Positions 1 to 10,744 of a stretch of DNA of 64,000 bases are shown piece after piece; the stretch's first letter is position 1; each line of letters begins with the position of its first letter. The DNA comes from Chloroflexota bacterium (GTDB lineage Bacteria; Chloroflexota; Dehalococcoidia; JABGRK01). Both the position numbers and the translations under genes were made by a program. The stretch spans positions 8,621 to 72,620 of the forward strand of contig JABGRK010000010.1 in NCBI GenBank assembly GCA_018648325.1, read 5' to 3'. A model generated the notes under the pieces. That model did not search any database. It saw only the letters and a list, made by a program, of their open reading frames with translations, and had not been told where the DNA came from.

Positions 1-1
1 T

Positions 2-646
2 ATAACAGGGCATAAGGAGTTTTTTGGGCTCGACTTCACGGTTAATCCATCGGTGCTTATACCACGTCCTGAGACTGAACTTTTGGTTGAACTTGCCATT
101 GACATAGCACACCAACACAAATCACGCCTGATAGTGGATATTGGCACAGGCAGCGGAGCAATCGCCGTATCACTTGCAACACACCTACCCGATGCAAAGA
201 TGTATGCGGTGGATATTTCAAGCGACGCGTTAAAAACAACGGCTACCAACTGCCAAAAGCATGCTGTAACAAATAGAGTACAACTGCTGCATGGCAACCT
301 GCTGGATCCGCTACCTGAGCGGGTCGATATTATAGTGGCCAACCTGCCATATGTAACAACAGGCCAGTGGGAACAACTGCCCGGCGAGATAAAGGCCAAT
401 GAACCCAAATCAGCGCTTGACGGAGGAGCAGACGGGCTGGACGTGATAACCGAACTGCTGGCGACAGCAAAAGACAAGCTGCGGCCAAACGGATCAGTAC
501 TGCTTGAAATCGGGTACGACCAGGGTAAAGCGATTTTAAAACTGGCTAAAAAGTATTTCCCTGATGCACAAATTGAGATTGCTGACGACCTTGCCGGACT
601 TAACAGGGTTGTTAGCATTGTAACTTACAAGGAGAGCAATGTATAA
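2..646 (+). CDS. prmC: Release factor glutamine methyltransferase (5'-truncated by window edge)
   Basis: Frame open from position 2 (ITGHKEFFGLDF..VLIPRPETE); DIGTGSG SAM motif; NLPY motif. Confidence 0.95.
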   Translation: MTGHKEFFGLDFTVNPSVLIPRPETELLVELAIDIAHQHKSRLIVDIGTGSGAIAVSLATHLPDAKMYAVDISSDALKTTATNCQKHAVTNRVQLLHGNLLDPLPERVDIIVANLPYVTTGQWEQLPGEIKANEPKSALDGGADGLDVITELLATAKDKLRPNGSVLLEIGYDQGKAILKLAKKYFPDAQIEIADDLAGLNRVVSIVTYKESNV

Positions 647-1427
647 ACTGTTGGCACTTGATCTGGATGGAACACTGATAGGCAAAGAACTCACGATATC
701 ATCCAAAACCAAAAACGCCATCGCTCAATTAATGTCGCGCGGTGTTACCGTAACAATAGCCACCGGGCGCATGTTCCAGTCGGCCAGGCCATTTGCCAAA
801 GAACTGAACATAAGCACACCGCTCATCTGTTACCAAGGCGCCATGGTTGGCAATCCGGTCACGGGCGAAATACTGTCGCACTTGCCGATTCCATTACCAC
901 TTGCCAAACAAGCTATAGAGGCAGTCAGAAAAGAAGGGCTGCATATCAATGCCTATCTTGATGATCAACTATACGTAGATCATCTAAACGAGCATGCCGA
1001 GCTATATTCCGTAATATCCAAGGTGGAGGCTCACCCTGTCGGAGACCTGATGACCTTTCTTGATAGAGACCCAACCAAGCTGGTCATCATTGGCAAGCCG
1101 TCAGAGATAGATCAAATCACCAGCAAACTAAGCGACCAGTTCATCTCTATGCTTTATGTGGCCAAATCTTATGCACGCTTCTGCGAAATTGCCCACCCGG
1201 ATTGCGGTAAAGGCAGGGCGCTATCAATACTCGCCGATCAACTCGGTATTGACCAAGCAGAGGTGATAGCCATAGGTGATAACCCCAACGATGTAGATAT
1301 GCTTGAATGGGCGGGGATGGGTATTGCCATGGCAAACGGAACAGACGAAGCAAAAGGTGCTGCAAACTGGATAACGGGAAGCATCTCAGAAGATGGTGTA
1401 GCCCAAGCCATTGAAAAGTTCTTTTAA
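639..1427 (+). CDS. Cof-type HAD-IIB family hydrolase
   Basis: DLDGTL, ATGR and GDNPND HAD motifs; GTG start after AGGAG. Confidence 0.92.
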   Translation: MYKLLALDLDGTLIGKELTISSKTKNAIAQLMSRGVTVTIATGRMFQSARPFAKELNISTPLICYQGAMVGNPVTGEILSHLPIPLPLAKQAIEAVRKEGLHINAYLDDQLYVDHLNEHAELYSVISKVEAHPVGDLMTFLDRDPTKLVIIGKPSEIDQITSKLSDQFISMLYVAKSYARFCEIAHPDCGKGRALSILADQLGIDQAEVIAIGDNPNDVDMLEWAGMGIAMANGTDEAKGAANWITGSISEDGVAQAIEKFF

Positions 1428-1438
1428 TCTAGCTAAAA

Positions 1439-2575
1439 CTAGTGAAGCCCTGCAATCTGCCAAGCCTTACCCTCGGTCTTGATTGATGTGGCAACCACGA
1501 CCTCGGTACTATGCATTTCCTTGATATCCCGTGCACCGCATACACCCATGCAGGTTTTGATAGCGCCAACCAGATTCTCAGTGCCATCGGACATTGATGT
1601 CGGGCCATTGAGCAGTTGATTAAGATCAACATTTACGCCAACCCTTATCCTTGTACCACGCGGCAGATTCATATCAGGAGTGGCCATGCCCCAGTGGCAA
1701 CCACGTCCGGGTGCTTCAGAGGTACGGGCAAACGGCGATCCCATCATCACACCATCTGCACCTGAGGCTAATGATTTGCATATGTCACCGCCGGTACGCA
1801 GTCCGCCATCCGTAATCAGTGTCACATATCGTCCGGTCTCACCCAGATAATCGTCCCGGGCAGCGGCACATTCCATGGTAGCCGATACCTGCGGCACACC
1901 CACACCCAGAACCTCTCTGGTGGTGCAGGCTGCACCGGGGCCAACCCCAACCAGGAATCCGGCAATACCGGCTTTCATCAGTTCCATGGCAGCGCTATAA
2001 CTAACGCAATTGCCAACAACTACCGGAACAGGCATCTGCTCGCATAGTTCAGAAAATATAAGCCCGCGATAGCTCTTGGAAATATGCCGGGCGGTGGTAA
2101 CAGTAGAGGCAACAACGAGTATATCAAGACCCGCCTCAACGGCGATAGGGGATATCTTTTTGGCACTTGCCGGAGTAACGGATGCGGCACAAACTACCCC
2201 GGCATCTTTGATCTCTTTTACTCTACGGGCAACCAGTTCCTCTTTAATCGGCTCTTTGTAGGCCCGCTGTATTATGCTGGTAACTGCCTCAGCAGAAGCC
2301 TCAGATATTGCCTGCAGGATTTCGTCGGGATTTTCATAGCGAGCTTGTACGCCATCCAGATTTAAGACCGCAAGGCCGCCAAGCCTGCCCAGCTCAATAG
2401 CAAATTTGGGATCAACAACGCCGTCCATCGCCGAGGCCAGTATGGGAATATCCAGCTTGTGCTCACCTATTGATAAGCTTATATCGGTCTGATCCGGGTT
2501 AATGGTAACATCGCCCGGCACCAGAGCCACTTCATCAAAGCCATATGTATGGCGTAATTCTTCACGTTTTCTCAT
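1439..2575 (-). CDS. GuaB3-family IMP dehydrogenase-related protein
   Basis: YGFDEVALVPG, ASAMDGV, GVGPGAACTTR with catalytic Cys, DGGLRTGGD; no CBS domains. Confidence 0.88.
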   Translation of the reverse strand: MRKREELRHTYGFDEVALVPGDVTINPDQTDISLSIGEHKLDIPILASAMDGVVDPKFAIELGRLGGLAVLNLDGVQARYENPDEILQAISEASAEAVTSIIQRAYKEPIKEELVARRVKEIKDAGVVCAASVTPASAKKISPIAVEAGLDILVVASTVTTARHISKSYRGLIFSELCEQMPVPVVVGNCVSYSAAMELMKAGIAGFLVGVGPGAACTTREVLGVGVPQVSATMECAAARDDYLGETGRYVTLITDGGLRTGGDICKSLASGADGVMMGSPFARTSEAPGRGCHWGMATPDMNLPRGTRIRVGVNVDLNQLLNGPTSMSDGTENLVGAIKTCMGVCGARDIKEMHSTEVVVATSIKTEGKAWQIAGLH

Positions 2576-2757
2576 GTCAAAATCCTAAAGTTATTAGTGA
2601 GAAATATAGCACGCGCAAGCGCTTAAAGTCAATCAAAAGGCTATTGGGGAAAATACTTGATGGCCGACTATAATCAAGACGTCATTTGCGAAAAAGAAAT
2701 ACTGTCTTGATATTTGTAAGTATAACCACAAAATCTATTACACAGTTAAAATACTTA

Positions 2758-2913
2758 CTACTTTTCCTTTTCTACAGAATCAATCCAATTCATTATTTCA
2801 CGCAGTGTCCTGTTTAGATGCATACCCAGCAGTTGCATACGGCTGTCAGGTGAATCCACCAATATACGGTGAACCTTGTCGATGCTTTCATGAAGATCAG
2901 TTTTGTCGTACAT
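2758..2913 (-). CDS. Small hypothetical protein (51 aa)
   Basis: ATG at 2913 preceded by GGAGG SD; MYDKTDLHESIDKVHRIL... Confidence 0.55.
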   Translation of the reverse strand: MYDKTDLHESIDKVHRILVDSPDSRMQLLGMHLNRTLREIMNWIDSVEKEK

Positions 2914-3023
2914 ACTATTCCTCCGTTTATTTATATACATTCTTTTATACCACAAAAAGTTGTTTTAGCTAAGGGGTAGAAGGGCTCTTGCTTTTAAGCG
3001 GTTTGCCTCTATAATTGATTAAC

Positions 3024-3830
3024 ATGCTATACATTGTAGCCACACCAATAGGCAATCTTGAGGATATGTCGCTCAGGGCGATTCGAATCCTTGGCGAAGT
3101 AGGCCTTATCGCCGCAGAAGACACGCGCAAAACGCGCATTCTGCTAAAACATTACCAGATTAAAACCAAACTTACCAGCTACTACGAACATAGCAAGCAA
3201 GCCAAAACAACGCAACTGATCGACCGGCTGGCCAGCGGGCAGGATATAGCGCTGGTCTCCGAAGCGGGCATGCCCGGCATAAGCGACCCCGGATACGAGC
3301 TGATCGCCGCTGCGATTGAAAACGACATAGAAGTTGTCCCCATCCCCGGCCCGTCAGCAATAACCACGGCGCTGGTTGCGTCCGGCCTGCCCCCCAGTCA
3401 ATTCACATACCTTGGCTTCCTGCCACGCAAAAAATCCGACAGAAAGAAGCTGCTGGAGTCAGTTGCTCATATAACTCATACTCTGATTGCCTACGAATCG
3501 CCGCACCGCATAAAAGCGTCACTTAGCGATATCGAGCTGGTACTGGGCAACAGGCACATCGCCGTCTGTCGCGAACTTACCAAGCTTCACGAAGAGGTAT
3601 TTCGCGGAAACGTAAGTGACGCTATAGAGCACTTCGAAAATCCCAGAGGCGAATTTACACTGGTCATCGAAGGCGCCACAGATGAAAAACAGGTAGATAC
3701 AGGTTTGATAGAAACAGAACTTAGACAACTTAAAAAAGATGGCATCAAAGCTAAAGCCGCAACAGCACAAATAAGCAAGAAATACGGTCTCACCCGAAAC
3801 GAAGTCTATAATATCTGGCTCTCTCTTTAA
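3024..3830 (+). CDS. rsmI: 16S rRNA C1402 2'-O-methyltransferase
   Basis: LYIVATPIGNLED, AAEDTR, SEAGMPGISDPG, YESPHR, RELTKLHEE motifs. Confidence 0.96.
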   Translation: MLYIVATPIGNLEDMSLRAIRILGEVGLIAAEDTRKTRILLKHYQIKTKLTSYYEHSKQAKTTQLIDRLASGQDIALVSEAGMPGISDPGYELIAAAIENDIEVVPIPGPSAITTALVASGLPPSQFTYLGFLPRKKSDRKKLLESVAHITHTLIAYESPHRIKASLSDIELVLGNRHIAVCRELTKLHEEVFRGNVSDAIEHFENPRGEFTLVIEGATDEKQVDTGLIETELRQLKKDGIKAKAATAQISKKYGLTRNEVYNIWLSL

Positions 3831-3887
3831 TCGTTACCTGCGTTATGGTAAAATTCACTAGGTAGAATTAGGTAGGATTATTATTTA

Positions 3888-5567
3888 ATGACACAGCGTA
3901 TTTTCATCGGAGTAGCATGGCCTTATGCCAATGGGCCTCTTCATTTGGGGCACATAGCCGGTGCTTATCTGCCCTCAGACATTTTCGCCAGATACCATAG
4001 GCTCAAGGGCAATGAGGTGCTGATGGTATCAGGGTCTGATCAGCACGGCACGCCCATAACCATCCGCGCCGAGCAGGAGGGGAAAACACCAAAACAAGTC
4101 GCTGCATACTATCACGACGGATTCCTGCAGGCATGGGATAAACTGGGCATATCTTTTGACCTGTTCACATCAACAGAAACCGATAACCATAAAGAAGTAG
4201 CGCAGGATGTTTTCAGGACCCTGCTTGAAAAAAACTATATCTATAAAGATACCCAGTCACTGCCTTACTGCGAAAGCTGCAAGCGCTTCCTGCCAGACAG
4301 GTACGTCGAGGGTGAGTGCCCCAACTGTGGCTTTAAAAACTCACGCGGGGATCAGTGCGACGAATGCGGCAAGCCCCTAAACGCCAGCGAACTCAAGAAT
4401 TTGCACTGCAACATATGCGGCAACACACCGCAGTTCGTAGAATCAGACCATTACCTGCTGCGCCTGTCGGCGTTTAACGACAAACTATCAGAGTGGGTTA
4501 AAAAACAAACTCATTTCAGAAAAAACGTGCAGAACTTTAGCGCGCGCCTGCTCAAGGAAGGACTCCACGACAGAGCCATTACCCGCGATATCGATTGGGG
4601 CATACCGGTGCCGGTACCGGATTTTGAGAGCAAGCGCCTTTACGTCTGGTTTGAAGCGGTTATCGGCTACCTGTCGGCATCAAAGGAGTGGGCCAAATCC
4701 ACAGGCAATCCCGATAAATGGCAGGATTTCTGGACGGGTGATTGTAAGTCATATTACTTCATCGGGAAAGACAACATTCCGTTCCACACAGTTATATGGC
4801 CGGCGATGCTTATGGCCTATGGCCAGCTAAATCTGCCATACGATGTACCATCCAACGAGCACCTGACGCTGGAGGGCAAACAGTTCTCCACCAGCCGCAA
4901 CTGGGGAGTGTCACTGCAATATTATCTGGACAAATACGCGCCAGACCCGCTACGCTACATGTTGTCTATAAACATGCCGGAGACCAGCGACACCGACTTC
5001 TCGTGGCGCGAATACGTGCGGCGCAACAACGATGAACTAGTAGCAACCTACGGCAATCTGGTACACCGTGTGCTCACATTCACCTATCGCAACTACGATG
5101 AGCAGGTGCCTGAGCACCCGGAGTACGATGGCCTGAGCATTGCGCTGCTTGATGAGGCAAAGAAAACACTTCAGACGGTGGGCAACCTGCTTGAGCAGTG
5201 CAAATTCAGAGCAGCGACAAGAGAAGCCATGGCGCTGGCACAAAAAGCCAATCAATATCTGGACGAAAGCGCTCCATGGAAAAGGATCAAAGAAGATAGA
5301 GACGCAACAGCGGCCATACTGTGCACGGTGATCGAGGTGATATCATGCCTGAAAACAGTACTTTATCCCTTCCTGCCGTTCAGTTCTCAAAAACTGCATA
5401 ATCTGCTCGGGTTCGAAGGTAACTTGCAGGACCAGGGCTGGACAATCCAGATACCTGAGAGCGGGCAAAAGCTTGAAAAACCCGAGCCGCTCTTTACCAA
5501 ACTTGACGATGATGTTATAAAAGAAGAGGTCGATATTCTGGCACAAGGCCAAAAGGAGACCGCTTGA
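3888..5567 (+). CDS. metG: Methionine--tRNA ligase
   Basis: PYANGPLHLGH (HIGH), Zn-knuckle CxxC pairs, YVWFEA, GKDNIPFH, QFSTS (KMSKS variant). Confidence 0.97.
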   Translation: MTQRIFIGVAWPYANGPLHLGHIAGAYLPSDIFARYHRLKGNEVLMVSGSDQHGTPITIRAEQEGKTPKQVAAYYHDGFLQAWDKLGISFDLFTSTETDNHKEVAQDVFRTLLEKNYIYKDTQSLPYCESCKRFLPDRYVEGECPNCGFKNSRGDQCDECGKPLNASELKNLHCNICGNTPQFVESDHYLLRLSAFNDKLSEWVKKQTHFRKNVQNFSARLLKEGLHDRAITRDIDWGIPVPVPDFESKRLYVWFEAVIGYLSASKEWAKSTGNPDKWQDFWTGDCKSYYFIGKDNIPFHTVIWPAMLMAYGQLNLPYDVPSNEHLTLEGKQFSTSRNWGVSLQYYLDKYAPDPLRYMLSINMPETSDTDFSWREYVRRNNDELVATYGNLVHRVLTFTYRNYDEQVPEHPEYDGLSIALLDEAKKTLQTVGNLLEQCKFRAATREAMALAQKANQYLDESAPWKRIKEDRDATAAILCTVIEVISCLKTVLYPFLPFSSQKLHNLLGFEGNLQDQGWTIQIPESGQKLEKPEPLFTKLDDDVIKEEVDILAQGQKETA

Positions 5568-6526
5568 ACATAACCGAAATCTTTGAACCGATACGGGATG
5601 AGCTTGATCTGGTACGTACTACTATGGTCAAGGTTACCGAAGTTGACAACCCCAAACTATCTGTACCACTGGCTCACGTTTTAAAAAGCGAGGGCAAGCT
5701 GACAAGACCCGCCATTACCCTGCTATGCGGTAAACTGTTTAATTACAATGTCGAGCAGCTTGTACCGATGGCAGCGGGAATTGAATTTCTTCATCTGGCA
5801 TCGCTGCTTCATGACGATACCATCGATAAAGCCGATACGCGCCGCGGCCAGCCAACAGTAAGCAGCATCTGGGGCAACAGCACCGCCATACTCATTGGCG
5901 ACTACCTTTTTGCTAAATCAGCGTGGCTGGTTTCCACCATAGGCAAAACCGAGATGATGACCATTTTTGCCGAAACCCTGATGGCACTTTCCACCGGCGT
6001 TCTGGAGGAAAGCGATGACACCTACAATGCAAACCAGACCCGCGACCAGTACTACTCAAGAATCGAGAACAAAACGGCGTCGCTTATCCGCTTGGCGTCC
6101 CAGTCAGGCGCAGCGCTTGGTGGGGCGAAAACCGACCGTGTAAAGGGTCTTACGGAGTACGGCTACAACCTGGGCATGGCCTTCCAGATCATCGATGATA
6201 TTCTGGACTTTACCGGTTCGCAAGAAGAAGTAGGCAAACCGGTGGGAAGCGATCTCTTAAGTGGAAACGTGACGCTACCGGCACTCTTGCTTATAGAAAA
6301 ACAAAACAATGGAACAGCACTGGCAGAAGCACTAAAGAATAAAAGCGAGCCAGACCTGAAACAGATAATTGAAACCATCCGGAAATCGCCCTTAATTGAC
6401 CAATCCTACGTGGTGGCCAACGAGTTCTGCTTCAAGGCCAAACAAACCATTATGGACATGCCAAACAGCGATACTAAAAAATCGCTGCTCGCCCTGACAG
6501 ACTACGTCATTGCGCGCAAAAAATAA
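5564..6526 (+). CDS. Polyprenyl diphosphate synthase (HepT/IspB-like)
   Basis: LLHDDTIDKADTRRG and FQIIDDILD aspartate-rich motifs; GKPVGSDL. Confidence 0.93.
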   Translation: MNITEIFEPIRDELDLVRTTMVKVTEVDNPKLSVPLAHVLKSEGKLTRPAITLLCGKLFNYNVEQLVPMAAGIEFLHLASLLHDDTIDKADTRRGQPTVSSIWGNSTAILIGDYLFAKSAWLVSTIGKTEMMTIFAETLMALSTGVLEESDDTYNANQTRDQYYSRIENKTASLIRLASQSGAALGGAKTDRVKGLTEYGYNLGMAFQIIDDILDFTGSQEEVGKPVGSDLLSGNVTLPALLLIEKQNNGTALAEALKNKSEPDLKQIIETIRKSPLIDQSYVVANEFCFKAKQTIMDMPNSDTKKSLLALTDYVIARKK

Positions 6527-6669
6527 CGCAAAGCACAGCCCCGTAAACATCACTGTTTATTCTGAATTGATACATGTACTAGCAAACACCCCACCGTTGG
6601 AAAGCATAAAGCGTTTCGTTTATACTAAATGTTTAGCGGACATATGAAGAAACGGAGATATAAAACAAT

Positions 6670-7413
6670 ATGCAACTCATAGATAACTTATACGGCTATC
6701 CATGGATGGGCATGGGCAACAACTGCAACAGCTATTTTTTTGCAAACGTCCTTCCCGGCAACAACCCTCATATAATTATTGACCCAGGACATACAGCCAA
6801 CGAAATGGGTGAGCCATGCCTTGATAATCTGATTACGGCAATTAAGACCGACGGATTCGATGTATCTGATATAGGGCTGATAATAAATACCCACACACAT
6901 ATCGATCACTACCAGTCAAACCGCGGATTGCAACAGATGATCGAGAAAGCCTCAAACGAAAGCAACAAACCGCAAATCGCCCTCTCCAAGGAGGCGGATG
7001 AGTACCGTTTAGGCAGCGGCGCCAGATGGATTGAGCAGTACGGTGACTCCATCAAGTTTGAGCCCGATTTTTATCTGACCGAAGGCCCCTTAAGTTTTGG
7101 CGAGGGAGAAAACAAACTCGATCTGGAGATAATAGATACGCCGGGTCACGGACCGGGGCACGTCTGCATCTACTGGCCAAAAAACAAGGTGCTTATAACC
7201 GGAGACATCGTATTTATTGGCAGTGTAGGCAGAACCGACCTGCCCGGCGGAGACGGAAACATGCTCAAGGCCAGCATCGAGAAACTGTCCACCTACGACA
7301 CCGAGTACATACTACCTGGTCATGCTACAGAGTATGGGGGAATGCTAAAGGGTAAAGAAAATGCCCTGCAAAACTTCAGCTTTATAAAAACAAACTACTT
7401 CCCCATAATATAG
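6670..7413 (+). CDS. MBL-fold metallo-hydrolase
   Basis: THTHIDH, TPGH, TGD, PGH motifs; GRTDLPGG. Confidence 0.92.
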   Translation: MQLIDNLYGYPWMGMGNNCNSYFFANVLPGNNPHIIIDPGHTANEMGEPCLDNLITAIKTDGFDVSDIGLIINTHTHIDHYQSNRGLQQMIEKASNESNKPQIALSKEADEYRLGSGARWIEQYGDSIKFEPDFYLTEGPLSFGEGENKLDLEIIDTPGHGPGHVCIYWPKNKVLITGDIVFIGSVGRTDLPGGDGNMLKASIEKLSTYDTEYILPGHATEYGGMLKGKENALQNFSFIKTNYFPII

Positions 7414-7538
7414 TCAGAACAGGCAGGTTGCCAGACGTGATAACTCTAGCCCGGTTATCGTCTTTCTGGTATACTAACGGGTAAACTTAAAAATTTTTGA
7501 TATATACATACGTTTGACATTAGAAAGGAGCCCCTACC

Positions 7539-8696
7539 TTGGATTATTCCCTGAACGAACAGCAAAAAATGATGAGAAGCCTGGCCCGTCAGATCGCAGA
7601 AGAAAAGATACTGCCGGTCCGCGCTGAATACGATGAAAAAGAGATATTCCCCTGGGACGTAGTTAAAGCCCTATCAGAGGCCGGATTGTTCGGAGTATTT
7701 ATTCCCGAGGAGTACGGGGGATTGGGCGGAGGCAACTTTGATCTTTGTCTGGTCGTAGAGGAACTGAGCAGAGTCTGCGGTGGAATCGCCTTGGCATATG
7801 CCGCAACAGCCCTTGGCGCTACCCCAATAATCGAGGCGGGCAGCGACGAACTAAAGAAACGCTATCTGCCCAGAATCGCCGACGGCACCATCGCCGCATT
7901 CGGGTTAACCGAAGCAGAAGCGGGCAGTGATGCAGCCGCAACCAAGGCCAGTGCCGTCAAAGCCGACGATGGTTCATACATTGTAAACGGTACCAAGCGA
8001 TTTATCAGCAACGGAGGCGATGCCGAAATTTACTCCATCATCGCCATGACCGACAAAACCAAGGGACCAAGAGGGGCAACCGCCCTTGTGGTCGATAAAG
8101 ATACGCCCGGCTTTACCTTCGGCAAAAAAGAGAAAAAGATGGGCATACGTGCCAACTCCACCCGGGAGCTGGTATACGATGACTGCAAGATCCCGTCAGA
8201 AAACCTGATAGGTAAAGAGGGCTATGGCTTCATCATAGCTATGAAAACGCTGGATAAATCACGTGCACCGGTAGGATCACAGGCCGTAGGAATTGCACAG
8301 GGTGCTTTCGAGGCCAGCGTGGCACATGCCAGAGAACGTAAGCAATTCGACAAACCGCTTGCATCCCTGCAGGCCATATCACATATGTTGGCGGATATGG
8401 GTACGCAAATAGAAGCTGCCAGAGCGCTGGTATATGCGGCAGCAAGGCACATCGACACCGGGGCCAAACACATCACCGAAGAGGGATCAATGGCCAAACT
8501 GTTTGCCTCCGAGGTTGCCATGAGAGTAACCACCGACGCGGTTCAAATACACGGCGGCATCGGCTATATGCGTGACTTCCCCATCGAGAAAATGATGCGA
8601 GATGCCAAAATAACCCAGATATATGAGGGAACCAGCCAGATTCTCAAAAACGATATAGCCCCACAGATACTTAAACGCAGGGGGCTCAGGCAGTAA
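7539..8696 (+). CDS. Acyl-CoA dehydrogenase (butyryl-CoA DH-like)
   Basis: AFGLTEAEAGSD, NGTKRFISNG, QIHGGIGY, IYEGT; TTG start after AAGGAG. Confidence 0.95.
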   Translation: MDYSLNEQQKMMRSLARQIAEEKILPVRAEYDEKEIFPWDVVKALSEAGLFGVFIPEEYGGLGGGNFDLCLVVEELSRVCGGIALAYAATALGATPIIEAGSDELKKRYLPRIADGTIAAFGLTEAEAGSDAAATKASAVKADDGSYIVNGTKRFISNGGDAEIYSIIAMTDKTKGPRGATALVVDKDTPGFTFGKKEKKMGIRANSTRELVYDDCKIPSENLIGKEGYGFIIAMKTLDKSRAPVGSQAVGIAQGAFEASVAHARERKQFDKPLASLQAISHMLADMGTQIEAARALVYAAARHIDTGAKHITEEGSMAKLFASEVAMRVTTDAVQIHGGIGYMRDFPIEKMMRDAKITQIYEGTSQILKNDIAPQILKRRGLRQ

Positions 8697-8818
8697 TATA
8701 TATTAGACGATAAATCTCACTCGTCCATCAATTTGGACTAGTGGGTACTTGACAATGCTACGGGCGTAACATAACCTCTATCGTACAACTAACGAACAAG
8801 AGGAAGCAGTAAGCACTT

Positions 8819-9928
8819 ATGTCAAATCAAACCGAGGAAGATAATAAGGCAAAAGTTATGAAGGAAAGCCTTATTCAGATTATTAACTCGGGATTGTATG
8901 CGAACAGATATTTAAACCAATTCGTTTCAGAACTAAAAAAAACAATAGACTTCGACTATCTCAGCGTTTCACTGGTCGATGGCGATAATCTCAGATCACT
9001 TTTTACTTACTCTGATGAACGTACGCGGCAGGATTCAGATGAGTTCCACCCTGTCAACCTTGACCGATTCAAATCTGCTGTAAAAATCCCCTTTCCCCAA
9101 GATGGAAATGCAATAGGCATGCTCACCATAGCCCACCTAAAACCAAACATCTACTCAAAAAAAGAGCAGGCGCTATTGGAGCAGTTGGCACCTGAGTTAT
9201 CAATTACTCTTGGAACGCAGACTACTGCAATTCAACAACCTGAAGAAGAGAAAGAGTTTCTGGACGATTTCGCTCACGAGCTTAAAACGCCGCTCACATC
9301 CATCATGGCATCCTGGGGCCTACTATCAGAAGAACTCAAACTGGATAAAACCGACCCACTAACAAGGCTTATACAAAATATAGGTCGCAGCGCCAAGTAT
9401 ATGGAAATAAGAATGGACGAACTGATGGACCTTGCGCGGATGCGTATCAAAGATCTCCAGATAGAAAAAGAAAACCTGAATATTAAATCAGTAATCCAGG
9501 AAGTGGCCACACAATTTAAGTCAATTATTCAGGGAAAATCACAGAGTATAGATCTGCACTTAAGTCCGTCTCTACCCATCATACACGCAGATAGAAAACG
9601 CATAGAACAAATACTGTTTAACCTGCTTGCCAATGCCAGCAAGTTCACTCCCAGGGGCGGCACCGTTATCGTAAATGCCGTGGAAAGCGAAAATAATCTT
9701 AAAATAGAAATCAAGGACTCAGGACCAAACATCCCACAGGGGGAAATAAATCAATTGTTCAATCCCAAGTACCGTGTTGAGGCCGACAGGCAACAATTCC
9801 CCGGGCTTGGACTGGGCTTTGCGCTGGTAAAACGCCTGGTGGAAATGCACAACGGAAATATCTGGATAACTGGCGAGCCGGGCAAAGGTAACACCTTCGC
9901 CTTTTCATTGCCACTGGCTAGGCAATAG
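8819..9928 (+). CDS. Cytoplasmic sensor histidine kinase with short GAF-like N-terminus
   Basis: AHELKTPLT H-box, NLLANASKFT N-box, DSGP, GLGLG, GKGNTF. Confidence 0.92.
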   Translation: MSNQTEEDNKAKVMKESLIQIINSGLYANRYLNQFVSELKKTIDFDYLSVSLVDGDNLRSLFTYSDERTRQDSDEFHPVNLDRFKSAVKIPFPQDGNAIGMLTIAHLKPNIYSKKEQALLEQLAPELSITLGTQTTAIQQPEEEKEFLDDFAHELKTPLTSIMASWGLLSEELKLDKTDPLTRLIQNIGRSAKYMEIRMDELMDLARMRIKDLQIEKENLNIKSVIQEVATQFKSIIQGKSQSIDLHLSPSLPIIHADRKRIEQILFNLLANASKFTPRGGTVIVNAVESENNLKIEIKDSGPNIPQGEINQLFNPKYRVEADRQQFPGLGLGFALVKRLVEMHNGNIWITGEPGKGNTFAFSLPLARQ

Positions 9929-10009
9929 CTTGCATTGCATAGTATGATACAATAGCTAACATCGAATAACCAATCTGAGAACTGAATAGAAACTAAAGAG
10001 GGCAGCATC

Positions 10010-10702
10010 ATGAAACTACTGATCGTCGAAGATAATCCGGAAATCATTGAAGCCGTCTCTTTTTGTTTTGAGCTCAGATGGCCTGAAGTATCAGTAGTAT
10101 CCACAGAAACGGGCAATAAGGGTGTTGAACTGGCCGAAACCGAATCGCCCGACCTGATCATACTGGACCTGGGCCTGCCGGATATAAACGGATTCGAAGT
10201 ACTACGCCAGATACGCCTCTTTTCCGACGTACCGGTAATCATACTCACCGTACGCAGCGAAAACATGGACAAGATCAAGGGGCTGGAGATGGGTGCCGAC
10301 GATTTCGTGGTAAAACCATTTTCTCACATGGAGCTGCTGGCTAGGGTCAAAGCCGTACTACGTCGTTCTCAAATGCCGGAACTGCGCGGCGAGGAAAAAC
10401 CCTTCAACAACGGCAGGATAAGGATTGATTTTACATCCAGAGAAATTACTGTTAACAACAATCCGGTTAAACTGACCCCCATCGAATATAATTTGCTTTA
10501 TCAGATGGTGCGAAACGAGGGCCGCGTGCTGACACACCGCTTCCTTCTGGAAAAGGTATGGGGCGAAGAATATGTCGATGCCACCGACTACCTCAAAAAA
10601 TACATACAGCGCCTGAGGCAGAAGCTTGAGGATGATGCGGAAAGCCCGTCGCTCATTCTCACCGAACGAGGCGTTGGCTACAAACTTATCAAAATAGCCT
10701 AG
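10010..10702 (+). CDS. OmpR/KdpE-family response regulator
   Basis: Receiver with ILDLGLPD and KPF; winged-helix LTPIEY..LLEKVWG..TERGVGY. Confidence 0.95.
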   Translation: MKLLIVEDNPEIIEAVSFCFELRWPEVSVVSTETGNKGVELAETESPDLIILDLGLPDINGFEVLRQIRLFSDVPVIILTVRSENMDKIKGLEMGADDFVVKPFSHMELLARVKAVLRRSQMPELRGEEKPFNNGRIRIDFTSREITVNNNPVKLTPIEYNLLYQMVRNEGRVLTHRFLLEKVWGEEYVDATDYLKKYIQRLRQKLEDDAESPSLILTERGVGYKLIKIA

Positions 10703-10744
10703 ACATCAAAAATCTGAGAATGGCATCATAACGCCTGTTACCAG

